From Felis catus (lineage: Eukaryota), in NCBI RefSeq assembly GCF_018350175.1, contig NC_058373.1:116314001-116378000 (forward strand): a stretch of DNA of 64,000 bases, given 5' to 3'. This document shows, in pieces, positions 42,831 to 56,548 of this stretch. Each line of letters starts with the position of its first letter. The first letter of the stretch is position 1. The translations under genes and the position numbers were made by a program. The notes under the pieces are model-generated. The model saw nothing but the letters and a program-made list of their open reading frames with translations. It searched no databases and was not told the origin of the DNA.

Positions 42831-43233
42831 AAAAGGCAGGGGCGGGGCAGTGATTACAGCAGTGCTCATCCAAGTGTGCTACAGCAGAAATGAGGTCTTC
42901 CGGGGTGCATACTTCAGAGGCGCTGAACAGACACTGCCAAGGATTCTGTTTCCATCTGTGATCTTAATGGTGCAGTTTTGTTATGTGCAGTTTATTATGG
43001 TTCAGGAAAGATGACAAGATCAGAAAAGATGATAGAGTATATAAAAGTGAAGGTAGATTGAGAAGAATTGAGTCAGTGAGTATAACAGGGATAGTTCTTA
43101 GGCCATCCTTTGAAAACATAACTGACCTTTTTTTGTTTCTCATATTGACTATGCTGTAAAGACTTTGAAAGGTGAATGTTAGTAGCATTAAAAATTCTGA
43201 ATAGCTGGAAATAGAATAAAACCCCTATCTTGA

Positions 43234-43509
<276 letters not shown>

Positions 43510-44244
43510 TAAGCCTCTTAGCTCTGGGGCTCAGTTAGTATGCATGTCTAAAGAGAATTCTAGATGACCTACTTGGAAATATGTAAAAATATTTTGTTTG
43601 ATTCCTGGTTGGATGTTATCCTATTTATATTTATCCCTTTATATATATGTAAAATTTGAAATGTCATGTCTTTGAAAGTATAATTTTTAAAGGCTAATAA
43701 TAATCTAGTTTATAATGTGATTAACTTCTCTTTCATTGGTCAATGATTTGGTTTCTTCGAATGTTACAAATAAACTTTGTGACTGCTGTTTTCTTGGGCT
43801 AGAGACTTTAAAAATGCAATCACTAAATCAAAGTTTATGGGAATATTTAAGATTCATGACACATAAGGCCAAAAGTCTTTCCAGGAAGCTTTTGTTTTTG
43901 TTTTTGTTTTTTTAACCAGTTGGTACTCTCACCAGTTATACAAAGGAATGCCCATCCTGTAAACTTTGACCTGGAGTATTATCGGTTCCCTGCTTGCTCA
44001 GAACAGGAGAAGGGGTGGTCTTTAATTTCATTGTTTTAATTTGCATTGCTCTGATACCCAAGATTGAAAGGTTTTAAATTGAGTTTATCACCTGTTTCTC
44101 TCTTTGAAGTACCTGTTAAATCTCTTGCCCATTTTTCTATTTGGTCTTTTTATTTGTATATTCTGTATTCAAGTTCTTTGTCAGCTTTCTGTACTACAAA
44201 TGTCTTTTCCCATTCTGTCCCTTGACTTTCGATTCTCTTTCTGT

Positions 44245-44399
44245 GCATATATATATATATGCATATATAATATATATATGCATATATAACATATATGCAT
44301 ATATAATTATTAATTATATATTATATAAATATATTGTATAAATTAATTTATATGTGATTATTATTATATATTATGTTATATAAATATATATATAATTAA
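44245..44399. repeat. (TA)-rich low-complexity tract
   Basis: Almost pure AT dinucleotide sequence next to a SINE tail. Confidence 0.85.
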
Positions 44400-44558
44400 T
44401 TTTTTAAGTTTATTTATTTTGAGAGACAGAATCCCGGGCAAGCTCCATGCTGTCAGCACCGAGCCCGATGCAGGGCTCAAACTCAAGAACTGTGAGATCA
44501 TGACCTGAGCCGAAACCAAGAATCAGATGCTTAACCCGCTGAGCCACCCAGGCACCCC
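44400..44558 (-). mobile_element. Can-SINE (internally shortened)
   Basis: tttatttattttgagagacag...gagccacccaggcacccc. Confidence 0.9.
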
Positions 44559-45554
44559 GAGTAGCTTCTCTTTTGACAAGAAGTTCTTGGTTTTAGTGTG
44601 GAGCAATTTGCTGATCTTTTCCTTTCTGATTAGTACTTTTTGTATCCTACTTAAGAAATTTTTTCCTATCCCAAGGCACTGATGGTATTTTTTTTTTTTT
44701 TGTTTTACTAATTTTCCTTTTACATGATATCTGCAATCCACATGGTATGCAGTAGGAATCAGATTTAATCTCTTTTCATATGGCTGATTGGTTGATTCAG
44801 TACTGTCTCCCCCCCCCCCCCCCGCTTTATATGGATGAGATGAAGTCTTAAGACATTTACTTATGTTAAAAAAAATCCAATAGCATTGTAATCAAGACTA
44901 AATAGGTATATTATCAACATCTTGTGGTTCTTTTTTAACTTCTGAGTGAAAAGTTAAAACTTTCAGTGTGCTTTTTTACATGCTCTTACTTTGATCAGCT
45001 CTTTGTGTTTTCAGATAGAAAGTACATGGAGGAATTTTTTCATTAGAGTTAAAACTTACTTTCTAATTCTCACATTACTGTTAGGAGTCAAGAAAAAGAC
45101 AAACCTGAGGAATTCCATCAAGCAATTTGAAAAAGGACACAGAAGAACCTGCTATTCAGTATCACTGATAATTCATGTATAGTAGCAATCCTGTAATGGA
45201 TATGAAGATTGCAATGTGGTATCATCATCTCTCTATAGACCGTGTAGTGTGTCATTGGAACGGATTGAAAGGCCACTAATTCTATACCTTGAGAAATAGT
45301 TATGGATCCTGCCACATGAATCCTTAGTAAATATTTCTCATGGTCTCGTTTCCATGAGATACTTAATTTCTGAAGTAATAAAGAGTTATTCTTGTTATTC
45401 TGAAATATTTCTGTGGAAGATATTTTAGGATTTATCCCAGCATTAAATCCAGATACTTGCTGAAATTATTTGTGTCTTTCTTTTACTCCAGAATTTTAAT
45501 TTTTAAAAAGCTTTAGCAAATTGGGTGGCAATTTGGGCAAATTGGGCAGCAAAC

Positions 45555-45712
45555 TGACTGAATGGCTCAGTCAGTTAAGTGACTGACTCTTGATCTTGGC
45601 TCAGGTCATGATCTTACAGTTTGTGATCTGCATTGACAGTGTGGACCCTACTTGGGATTCTCTCTCTCTCCCTCCCCCATTCACTCTCAAATAAATAAAC
45701 TTTAAAAAAAAA
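45555..45712 (+). mobile_element. Degraded Can-SINE
   Basis: tggctcagtcagttaag...ggctcaggtcatgatct...aataaataaactttaaaa; TSD aagctttagcaaatt. Confidence 0.85.
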
Positions 45713-45895
45713 TTGACAAGCTTTAGCAAATTAAAATTATATTATCAAAACCACACAAGAAAACCGATCTCAAATATTTATTTATTTTTGATAACTTAAA
45801 AAGTTTTGAATATAAGCGTTAAATTCAGTACATTCAAGTCATTTTGCTTAAGGGATGAAGATTTAGGGGAAAAAAAAGAAAAGAACCGTGTTTGA

Positions 45896-46456
<561 letters not shown>

Positions 46457-46754
46457 TGAAAACACACCTCATATTACTTAGTCTGAAGACTAGGACGTTT
46501 TTGAATGTTGAAAAAAGTTTCTGCCAGCCTGAAAATTGGAGGCAAGTAGTTCCTCAGTGGTGATTGTTGTTCCACACTCAGCTGTTGTCATGTGGCCCTG
46601 GCAGTAAGGTCTGCTGTAGGCTAAAAGGAATTCAGGAGGTGGCCTTTCAGCTTGTTTTTTGTCCAGTTATAGGCCGTGGAGAACTTGAGACTTAGTCTGG
46701 GAAAGAGATTTTACTTGAGATTATATAATCTGTCATCATCAAGAAAAAAATTGA

Positions 46755-46976
<222 letters not shown>

Positions 46977-47137
46977 TGACCGACTTGTGTGCACGTTTTT
47001 AGCTAATTGATGCTCATGCTTTTTTAAATGCACCTTTTGCTGAATTATCAAACAGAATGACTGTCTCTAATTTTAAGTGAAGTTTGCAAATACATTCAAG
47101 ATCCCTGCCACTAATTTATTTTATTCTGAATCATTAG

Positions 47138-47278
<141 letters not shown>

Positions 47279-47901
47279 GCCATTGTTTTATAACTACATT
47301 TCTCTTCCCTCTCCATTCCGAGACGTTGGAAAAAGAGAGGAGAGCGCAGAAGACGCCTGCAGGTTTTCCTCTGCTCCTGTGTGGGAGATACTTGGATGTA
47401 GAGTGGGCTCGGCCAAGCGCCTCTCCTTCGCCCTTCACCCTTCACCCTGACTCCTGTCACTGTCTCCATCCCCAAATAAAGCTGAACTATTTTTTTAAGT
47501 TAGCTGCCGACAAAACATTTTGCATGAAGGATAAAGTTCTGTTAAATTACATCCTTACAAAAATTTTTTTCCTATGCATTGCCTATGCTTTAAATCAACA
47601 AACTCTTCATTTCTAAACTACGATCTCATATTTTTCTAATTTCTTTGCCAAAAATAATTGCCATGTTTTGTCATAGAACATGAAATCCATTTACCTTGAT
47701 TTTTAAAAACAGACCAGTGTAGAAACCTTCACTTTGACGTTTAGCAGTATGAAAGTTTCATGTACAGTGAAAGAGACTATGAACAGACATAGATTTATCT
47801 TATTCCTTGAGCGCTAAAAACTTTAATGAGAAAACTGCACTAATTTTTTACAACAATGCACTAAAGTCTGAGATTTCTCAGAACATTTATTTATATATAA
47901 A

Positions 47902-47907
47902 AATAAA
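47902..47907 (+). terminator. Candidate proximal polyadenylation signal AATAAA
   Basis: Canonical hexamer about 620 nt after the stop, with upstream TGTA at 47718 and 47761. Confidence 0.4.
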
Positions 47908-50900
47908 ATACCATTATTTAAATTGCCTTTGGGCTTAACCCCTGCCCTGTCCTTAAACATACATAGCAGGAACTGTGCTGCTCAGTTTTTTGTCAGTAAC
48001 CTATACTCTATTGCCAGTACATTGGGTGTTTTCTCTAAAATGAACGTTAAGGGTCAAGAGGTACATAGCTTCATCGTTGGAGATAGCGGTCAGTGCGTCG
48101 GTCCTGTGAACACCACTGCCAGCTCCTGTGTCCACACATCGGAGGCGCTCCAGCACTGGTGTGCTCCAGCTCCTCTTGGGGCAAGCTCTGCTGGGGTCAG
48201 TTCTGGGAAGAAAATACTTTTATTTTTCAAAGAAGAAGATGAGCATCCAGGAACTTAAAAAAAGGATCGATTGCTTTTCTATTCAGAGTCATTAGCTCTT
48301 GAAGTTACTCACATGCAGTTCAGTTAATCAAGTAAAATTTTTTCAAACGAAATTATCCAGATGGTGCAGTTCTTGTTATGTCCCTCTTCAATAACCTCGC
48401 CTCTTATTTTGCTCCTCTCTTCTTTTTCTATTACTTGAATTTTATTTCCTGTAATTTATAGTGTGTAGGTGTAATTTGAAATATTTATAACTGTGAAATT
48501 GACTTAATATGTTGTCTCATAACTTAAATTTTATTGGTTTTTTTTTTTTTTAAATACGCGTGTATTCAGGGAAATATATAATTCAGATTTACAATTGGGC
48601 TAGGTGGAAACTGTGGTTTAGATTTAATTTTCAACTTCCGGCATTTTTTAAATCCTTCCGAAAACTTTCCCCTTTTGTGTGAAACTCCAAAGAATATATA
48701 TACATCTCCTGAGCATTTAGGAGCAGCCATCTTTCCACCCCACTGCAAACGGGAAGTAGAAAGCAGGTGTGAAGTTAATCTTCAATGTGTATTTTATTTA
48801 GTCTGATACATCCAGAGTGTTACTCTTTCCCCATGTGGCGCTAGCCACACTTCAGGTACTCACCGGCCACATGTGCCTGGTGGCTCCTGTATTGGACGGA
48901 ACAGGTGTAAAGTGTCTTTTGATGAGGTGACAGGAGAGAGAAGCTGTTTCCGCACTAACCCCTACTGTCGCTCTCACAGTATAGCATAACACTTCCGTAG
49001 ATGGAATGAAAACTAACATCCGACTACATTTCCATTCCACAGTGTGGTTATTTTGCCCTTTTCTAATTTACAGTTTTCGTAGTTATTCAGGATCCAGTGT
49101 ACCTCGTGCTGACATTTCCAGACTTCGCGCTTTGCCAAATGTACTTTTTAAAAACATTTGTCAAGTGATTTACTGAACCTTTACACAAAGGTACCCTTTC
49201 TAAATTGACCAACTAAAACGTATTTTCCTGATACTGTTGTTACATTCTGTATTTGCCGCATTTTGGCAAATCTACAGTATGTCATTAAGGTCCAAGGCTT
49301 TTATGTTTCTCTTCTGAAACCGAATATATGATCTATCTAACCATCTATATTTATTTAAAATCTTCTCAAAGGAATTATGATTCCTGCTGCCTCTTCTCTT
49401 TCTGAAATGAATATGATCTTTTCATGGTCATTACCTAGATGGGAAGATAAGTGGAATCCTTTCAGTCCTAAAGGGAAGATAATTCATTTTCCTACACAGA
49501 AAAAAAAAAAAAATCTGAGCTTCAGATGATTCAGTCAGAAGGGCTATTCCTAGCCTCACACCCCCTACCCCCAATTGTTAAACACATTACACGCTCTAAA
49601 AATGTAAGACTAGATTTTATATGGAACATATATATTGGGTCTTGATTTGGCATGATAACTGTGGACATTCTTCTCAAGACAAGTTGAATTTTGTTATAAC
49701 CCTTGAGGGAATTTATAGAATAGAAACCCTAACAGGAGCCCTGTTTTTATTTTTTAGTCCAAACCTGATGGTCTTTTAAAAGTCAGAATACTTTTCTAAT
49801 AATTACGGCAGAGGAAGCAGTGATAATTGAAGACTCATGTCTTAACAACTGGAAGCTAAATTATTATGTGGAAATATACATGCTTTCATTGAGTAAATTG
49901 ATCATACATGTCTTATTCTGCCTTTCCCAGCCCCCCTTGGAGAATAGTGAACTGCTTATTTAGATTCCCTGCTTAACTGTCTTCATTAGTGTACAAGACT
50001 CCAGCATACACACACTAGTGTCTTCAGTTCACATTTGCCAAAACTTTCAGAGTTCCATAATTTGAAAGTAAGAATATGTCATTAAAACACTAGCTTTTTA
50101 TGCATTTCCCTTCAACAGAGTCTCATTGATACCTTTCTGGTCTTTGTCTTGTTTGAGTTTGTTTTTTCCCTTCTTTTGAGAGAGAGTCCTGGAGTGAATT
50201 ATAAATTGTTACTTTCTTTTCTCATTTCCTCTCATTCAGTGGCAAAAATCATTTTACAACTCAAAATTAAGTTTTTGGTTAATCTTCGAGCTTATGACTT
50301 GGTGTGAGCCCTCTTTTTTACATCATTTTCAGTACTTGATAGAAATTTAAATGTTCATTTTTTTCTAAAGAAATCTAAATTTTCCAAGAGTATAGATTAA
50401 TATAAGATGTTGGTATTTAAGGGACTTGGGAGAGTAGGTGGTGAGGCTGTCTATTTTTACGATAAGAGGAGATTAATTACCTTTCAGGAAATTAATGAAC
50501 AATCTTCACCAGTGTTCTGCCTTCTTTGAGTTTCTATTATTGGAAGGTGAGCTTCCCTTAGATTTGAAGTCGTTTTAAAAATATTTCAAGTGTAACTGAG
50601 ATACTTCTAAAAGATACCTTAGTAATTTTGCATCAGAATTCTTTGAATTTATGTTCACTAGCTATTAAACTATAAACTGCTACCCAGATTAATTACTTTT
50701 GTGTTTATCTTCCTTATTCTTTCATTAATATAGACAATCCCTTCCGTTTTTTTTTTTTTTTTAAGTCCTCAGTATTCATTCTTGTTCTCTTTTGTAGTGT
50801 AATATAATCATACAGAATTACTTTGCCTGGACACAGACCCAGTGCATTTTTTTCCCTTTGATGTGAAAAATTGTTCGGGTGAAGTATAAAACATCAGTTT

Positions 50901-52207
50901 TTATTCTAGAGGCTTTTCCTTTAATTCTAAAATGAGTGGAAAGAATAATGTCAATCAAGGCTAAAATGATACTTGGGACCTGTCAAGGAACTTTGAACTT
51001 TCTGTTTTAGTCTTCTGACCATGCATTTGTGCAGCATAAGTTTTAATAATACATTGGAAATCTGCAGGGTTTTTGGTTTTTTTTTAATTAAGTTTTTTAA
51101 AACCAACCTCTCTTTATTTTTCTTTTTTAAAAATCTGGTTGATATATACCTAGGCCTTCTCATTTTTGACTTGCAAAATGTTGAGGTAAGAATTGTGACT
51201 GGAAAGGAATTAATTATACAAATAGATCTGGTAGGTATGTGAGTAGAGTGTTAATTTTGCTTGAAACAGAAGTATATTTTCTGCTTTGAATCTCCTCACC
51301 AGAGTCCTCTGTCAAGAACTATGTATGATAAGAATTTCTCTTTATTGCCTATCAGCCCACATATTCTTTCTGAAGTAGAGTAAATAAGTTCTATTTGTGA
51401 GCTGAACTTTATCATCTGCCATTTTATGGAAGCAACACAGCATTCTTTGGGGGAAGCAGAACTGATTGTCCTCGCAAGGTTACGTGACGACTCTGCTCTA
51501 AGACTTACACCTGTTGTATAGGGTTATACCTTTTTTCTTACGCCTCAGCTCTGCACCTGACAATTTATGGTTCTGTGGAGCCAAGCTAGAAGGAACAAAG
51601 GTCATGTGAGAGTGGCGAGGATGGATTCCTGGGTGTTACTTGTGCAGGTGAAGGGGCATCCTGGAATTCTAACCAGAGTAGTTGTCGGAAGTGAGATGGC
51701 TGCTCCAGATGACTCCTGGGTTTAGTGTAACTGTGGTTGAACAAGATTTTTTTTATGTATGAAGCTTGATTCCACAACCAAAATAACAGAAACGTGGGGA
51801 AAATCCTGTCTGCTTATGCTTTTTAAAGCTTATGGTTTAAGTGAAAATAAATTGTAAAAACTGATAACCTTAACCCTATACAATGAGCTCTGCATGAGGA
51901 AATGGAAGGAAGAATACTACAAGTGATTCAGGAAGGTATATGTGAGGAAGGAAGATGGGTTTCCCTTTTCTGATCATGGGCTCTGAAAGTATTCATTGCC
52001 TTTACCAGCATTCAGTATAAACCAGAGATAAGAATATATGTACTCGCGTGGGTCTGTGAGTGTGTGTGCGTCTGAGTGTTTGTTATTCTAAATAGCTTGT
52101 AAATATTGTAGTTGTTTAAAATGGAAAATAAAAGCTGAGATTGTTTTTTTCTTTGCAAATATATTGCATCAAAAATACAGTATTGACAGTGGATAAAACA
52201 CTGAGGA

Positions 52208-52213
52208 AATAAA
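52208..52213 (+). terminator. Probable distal polyadenylation signal AATAAA
   Basis: Followed by a T-rich downstream element (tttttttcattttgccttctgtccatttttgtc). Upstream TGTA motifs lie near 52098 and 52107; an alternative AATAAA is at 52127-52132. Confidence 0.6.
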
Positions 52214-52658
52214 TTTTTTTTCATTTTGCCTTCTGTCCATTTTTGTCAAGAAAAAATAGAGTACATCATATAAAGCTCTGCATAGCATATTTTAAAACAT
52301 GTACTTGGTTCTGAAATAATCATTTTAATCAGAAGCTTTGGCCTATAAACATGATTCAGCTTATACGAGAAATGTACATATTTCATATTAAAAAGACATC
52401 TTTTCATACTTGTTAGAAAGGTTGTACTTTATGTCTTTTGAAATTATCTGAATATGTTATAGTAATGATACAACATTAGATGGAAAACCTAGGGTAATAA
52501 ATGTGTGTATGTGTTCACTGTATTACACTAAGTTACAATATAGAAAAAGGAGTGCACATTTGGATTATGGTCATCAAAATCAGACAAACTAACCTATTGT
52601 TTACATGTGTAATACTTAAGAGAAAATGCAAGCTGAGAATGAGAATAGATATACTCTT

Positions 52659-52853
52659 TTTTTTTTTTTTTTTTGAGTTTATGTATTTTGGGAGAGAGCT
52701 CATGAGCTCAAGTCGGGGAGGGGCAGAGAGAGAATCCCACCAAGTAGGCTCCACGCTGTCAGCACAGAGCCTGATGCAGGGCTTGAGCTCACGCACTGTG
52801 AGATCATGACCTGAGCCAAAGTCAAATGCTTTGCTGAGCCACCCAGGCAGCCC
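52659..52853 (-). mobile_element. Can-SINE
   Basis: Perfect 18-bp TSD gagaatagatatactctt (52641-52658, 52854-52871). Confidence 0.93.
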
Positions 52854-53694
52854 GAGAATAGATATACTCTTGATTAAAACCCTTATTGAGCCATTAGTGA
52901 GTCATTTTAACTATTAGTAACAAAACCATCAAGATGCTGATTATGTGCCATCTATATCAGAGTCCCAGACAGTTTTCTGTCTTCCTGTCCAGGATCACAA
53001 TGGCACAACTGGGGACGTAGTAGTATTTAGTCTTAAAGGACATTGTTTTCTAGTGACAAGAAACCTGGAGGTTAAATGAGACACATCTTCAAAGAAAATA
53101 GGCTGAGTAAGTGAGCTGCATCAGCCTTACAGCCAGAGATTGAAAGGGCGGAAGACATGAAATTTGAGTCCCATAAAAGTTCTTCATTGTTCTTAAAGCG
53201 CAGTTTACTTAGGATTTTTCCTACTAAAGAAAGGATCCCAAAGTTTTGCCGACCTGTAGCCACTAAATCTCATTAGGTAGATGCATTTTCCTGTGGGGAA
53301 GGCAAAAAGCACCTTGTGAAGTAAGGGCATGACCCAAATGGTGGTTTCTTATGTATTGAGTCAGCACTTGTTACAAACAGTATTTGTTTTATTCCCCCCT
53401 TCATAGGTACTTATTAAAGGAAATTAGGTATAACTAAACTTCATACTTGGGAAAATGTAATTTGGTACAAGAGGATCCCTAGATTGCTTTGTAACTTCAT
53501 AGGATACACAGTAACAGCAAATGGCTAGAGATGAATCCATCTTGTCTGGTAGCCTTTTAAAACTATTCAGTGTCAATTTGCAGTAAACTGTGCCAAAAGG
53601 GAAAAGTCATCCTTTAGTCCAGGGCTCCCTTTTGTTCCCCAGAACATTGTATGAATACATAATAATTGGCCCATATAAGAATACTTAAGGTCTT

Positions 53695-53928
53695 GGGGCA
53701 CCTGGGTGGTTCAGTCAGTTTAAGCAGCCAACTCTTGATTTTGGCCCAGGTCATGATCTCACAGTTCCTGAGATCAAGCCCCATGTTGGGCTCTCCACTG
53801 GCAGCATGGAACTGCTTGGGATTCTCTTCCCTCTTTGTGCCCCTCCACTGCTTGCTCATTCATTCTCCCTCCCTCCATCTCCCTCTCTCCCTCCCCTTCT
53901 CTCCTTAATAATGAATAAACATTAAAAA
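53695..53928 (+). mobile_element. Can-SINE
   Basis: ggggcacctgggtgg head; TSD agaatactt. Confidence 0.9.
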
Positions 53929-55141
53929 GAGAGAATACTTCAGGCCTCCACTCCAATTCTGAAGCACGCAGTCTTGACCTGTCTTTATCAGGGAAAATCA
54001 ACATCCCAAGATAACTTTGAATTTAAGCAGATACCAAGTAGCACCTCTGTGTTCATAATACTCTTAATGGGTTAGCTCTCACACACCACCCACAACTTCT
54101 TGGTTTTCTATCAATAACATGTACCACAAATGTTCCACAGTGTAGTCCAAATGGAAGGTGTACCTTTCTTTAGACAGAATGCAGGTTCGTCTAGCTTATA
54201 CATTTGGGAGTGACTCCTCGTACAATTGCAATATGAAACAGTATTCATTTAAATAGTTTGAAAATACAAATTTACTTGGAATGCTTATAGTTGCAAGAAA
54301 GAACCCATTTCAAAGTTGCTGAATACAGGAAACTGGTTCACTACAAAATTTAGGGTAGACTGAGCTTTCAGGGTTGTTTTGTTCATGTTACTCTAACTCT
54401 GTATATCTGTGATTTTCTCTACTCCATATGCATGCTATGTATCCTTCCTTTTCAGACGAGCTAGCTAGCTGTAGTTCTGGACCCCATTCCATACACATCA
54501 TCAAACAGAAAGAAAGAACGCTTCCGGTTACCTCTCACATGGGTAAATTTCCCAGAAGCCTTGGTGTATTTCTCCTTGCATCTCTTTAATGTAAGATTTG
54601 ATGTAGGCGAGATCCTTAACCTGTCCCTATGTCCTGATTTTCTAAACCAGTCATGGACAAGAGAAACAGAATTACCATGACTGATTGGCTCAGACAAATC
54701 AGAGCTAGCCTTGAAGCTGGAGTCCAGTCCCCAAACTATAAGGTTGCTACATAGTGCATATAAAAGTGTTGACTAAAATGTCCACAGCAGATGTGTATAT
54801 AGCTCTCCAGAGTATTGTTTTCAAGAAACAGACCCAGACTACCTAAGAATTAAGGTGTTTCTTTTAACCTGCATCTGTAGCAGATTTAGAGCAGAAAGTT
54901 AGCAGAAGCTTAGGCAGACACAGGTCCAGATGTTTGCTCTTCTTTTCTTAGGGGGCTGCCTTACATCTCATGACATTCTTGCTGTTCTCTGTCTAAATTG
55001 TTTCCTTACTTAGATTGGCGGCGGGGGTGGAATTCACCAGTGAAGCCAACTGGACCTGGATTGATCTTTAGAGAAAAGCTTTCAATTAGGGATTTGGATT
55101 TTCTGTTTATTAATTTTGGTAGGTTGGGTTTTCTAGAACTG

Positions 55142-56262
55142 CAGTTCTCAAACTTTTGGGTCTTGGAATACTCAGAAAAAATTACTGAGGATTCCTCCCT
55201 CCCCCATCCCAAAGATTTTTTGTTTTTATAGTTTATACAATATTTACTGCATTCGAAATTAAAACACATTTTAAAGTTATTTCTAAATGAATTAATAAAT
55301 TCATTACCTGTTAACATTCTTATTTAAAATTATGCTTCCAACTTAAAAAAAATGTATCAAGACATTTGAACTGTGTGCTTCTACATACAGTGTATTGCCT
55401 TATATTATTTTGGTTGAAGCATATGAGGAAAGCCTGGCCTCATAAATGCTTCACTAAAATTAGACAAGTGGTAGTTTCTTAAAGGTTAGCTGCAGTGTAG
55501 AATCCCATTTATACTGGATTATTTTAAAATCCATTGCTGTACCTTACTTGAAATGGATCTTTTACCTGTGTGTGGGATTATAACATCATTTATTTAGAAA
55601 AATAATGGTTCCCGAGTTATGCAGATCTTCCAAATGTTAACACATTTCATTATGCATTATAAAAAAATCACTTTTGTTTATGTCAGCATCAGTCTAATTA
55701 GATACACCTTTATTGGGAAGCTAGAAAGCTCGTAGTGGCAGATACAAGCATTCTAAAATTTTTTTAATGAGAGCTTAAGCTTTATCCTCGGGAACAAATA
55801 TTGTCAGTTGTTAACTTTGAAGCAACAGTCTCATTTCAGTTTTGAGAAAATATCTGTCAAGTACTGAAGCCTGAATAAGTATAGTTTGTCTCTTAGTCTT
55901 TCTTTCAAGTCAAAATGGCATTCCATGGGAGAGAAAAAAAAAAGTGACTTAGCTCATAACTCAATCACAAAAGGGCTATTCTTTGAGAAAACTGTATTTG
56001 GGTATGCCGAAGAAGTGCTTCGTGAATACTTCCCATTTTCCCACATCGAATTCTCAAAAGATGTGCTTTGAAGGAATGAGATGTAATAAACTTAACAATT
56101 TGTATTGCTTCCTCAAGGGTATTCTTAAGTGAAATTGACTTTCCCCTGTGAGTGCATGATCGTATAGAATGCAGTGGCTAGTGGTATACTCTGGCGCCAT
56201 TGCCTTGATTCCTGCTTGAGGTGTCTGTAGTTTTACTCCCCACATCTTCTGCACAATCAATT
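55142..56262 (-). mobile_element. Second Charlie1-like hAT fossil
   Basis: Shares blocks with 21157-22531 (tggtagtttcttaaaggttag, ttttgagaaaatatctgtcaagta, gccttgattc); starts cagttctcaaactttt. Confidence 0.65.
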
Positions 56263-56299
56263 TCCATTATTTCTTTTATCCATGGGTTACTTAGACTCA

Positions 56300-56511
56300 T
56301 TTTGGTTAACTTTCAAATATTTTGGGACTTTCTACCTAACATTTTCTAGTTATTGCTTAATAACCATGTCAAAGCAACTGTCCTGTTAATCCTTTGAGAT
56401 TTGTTTAGCCTTCCTTTGTGGCTCTGTATATTTTCAATTTTCGTAAATGTCCCAGTGGGCATTTGGGGGGAAAGCATGTATTTTACAGTTAGGACAGCCT
56501 TCTTTCTATAC

Positions 56512-56548
<37 letters not shown>

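Larger units (their letters stand above)
47279..52235 (+). other. PCNX1: PCNX1 long 3' UTR (about 5 kb; end approximate)
   Basis: AT-rich sequence after the stop with no recognisable SINE or L1. Ends in a cluster of AATAAA (51846, 52127, 52208) followed by a T-rich tract. Confidence 0.7.

Noticed and set aside
44808..44824. Poly-C run (and G run at 58971-58989) as G-quadruplex elements
   Set aside because: Isolated homopolymers in repeat-derived or intergenic DNA with no supporting context.
48825..48845. Second CTCF-like motif (ccccatgtggcgcta) in the 3' UTR
   Set aside because: Lacks the near-invariant AG of the core; weak match.
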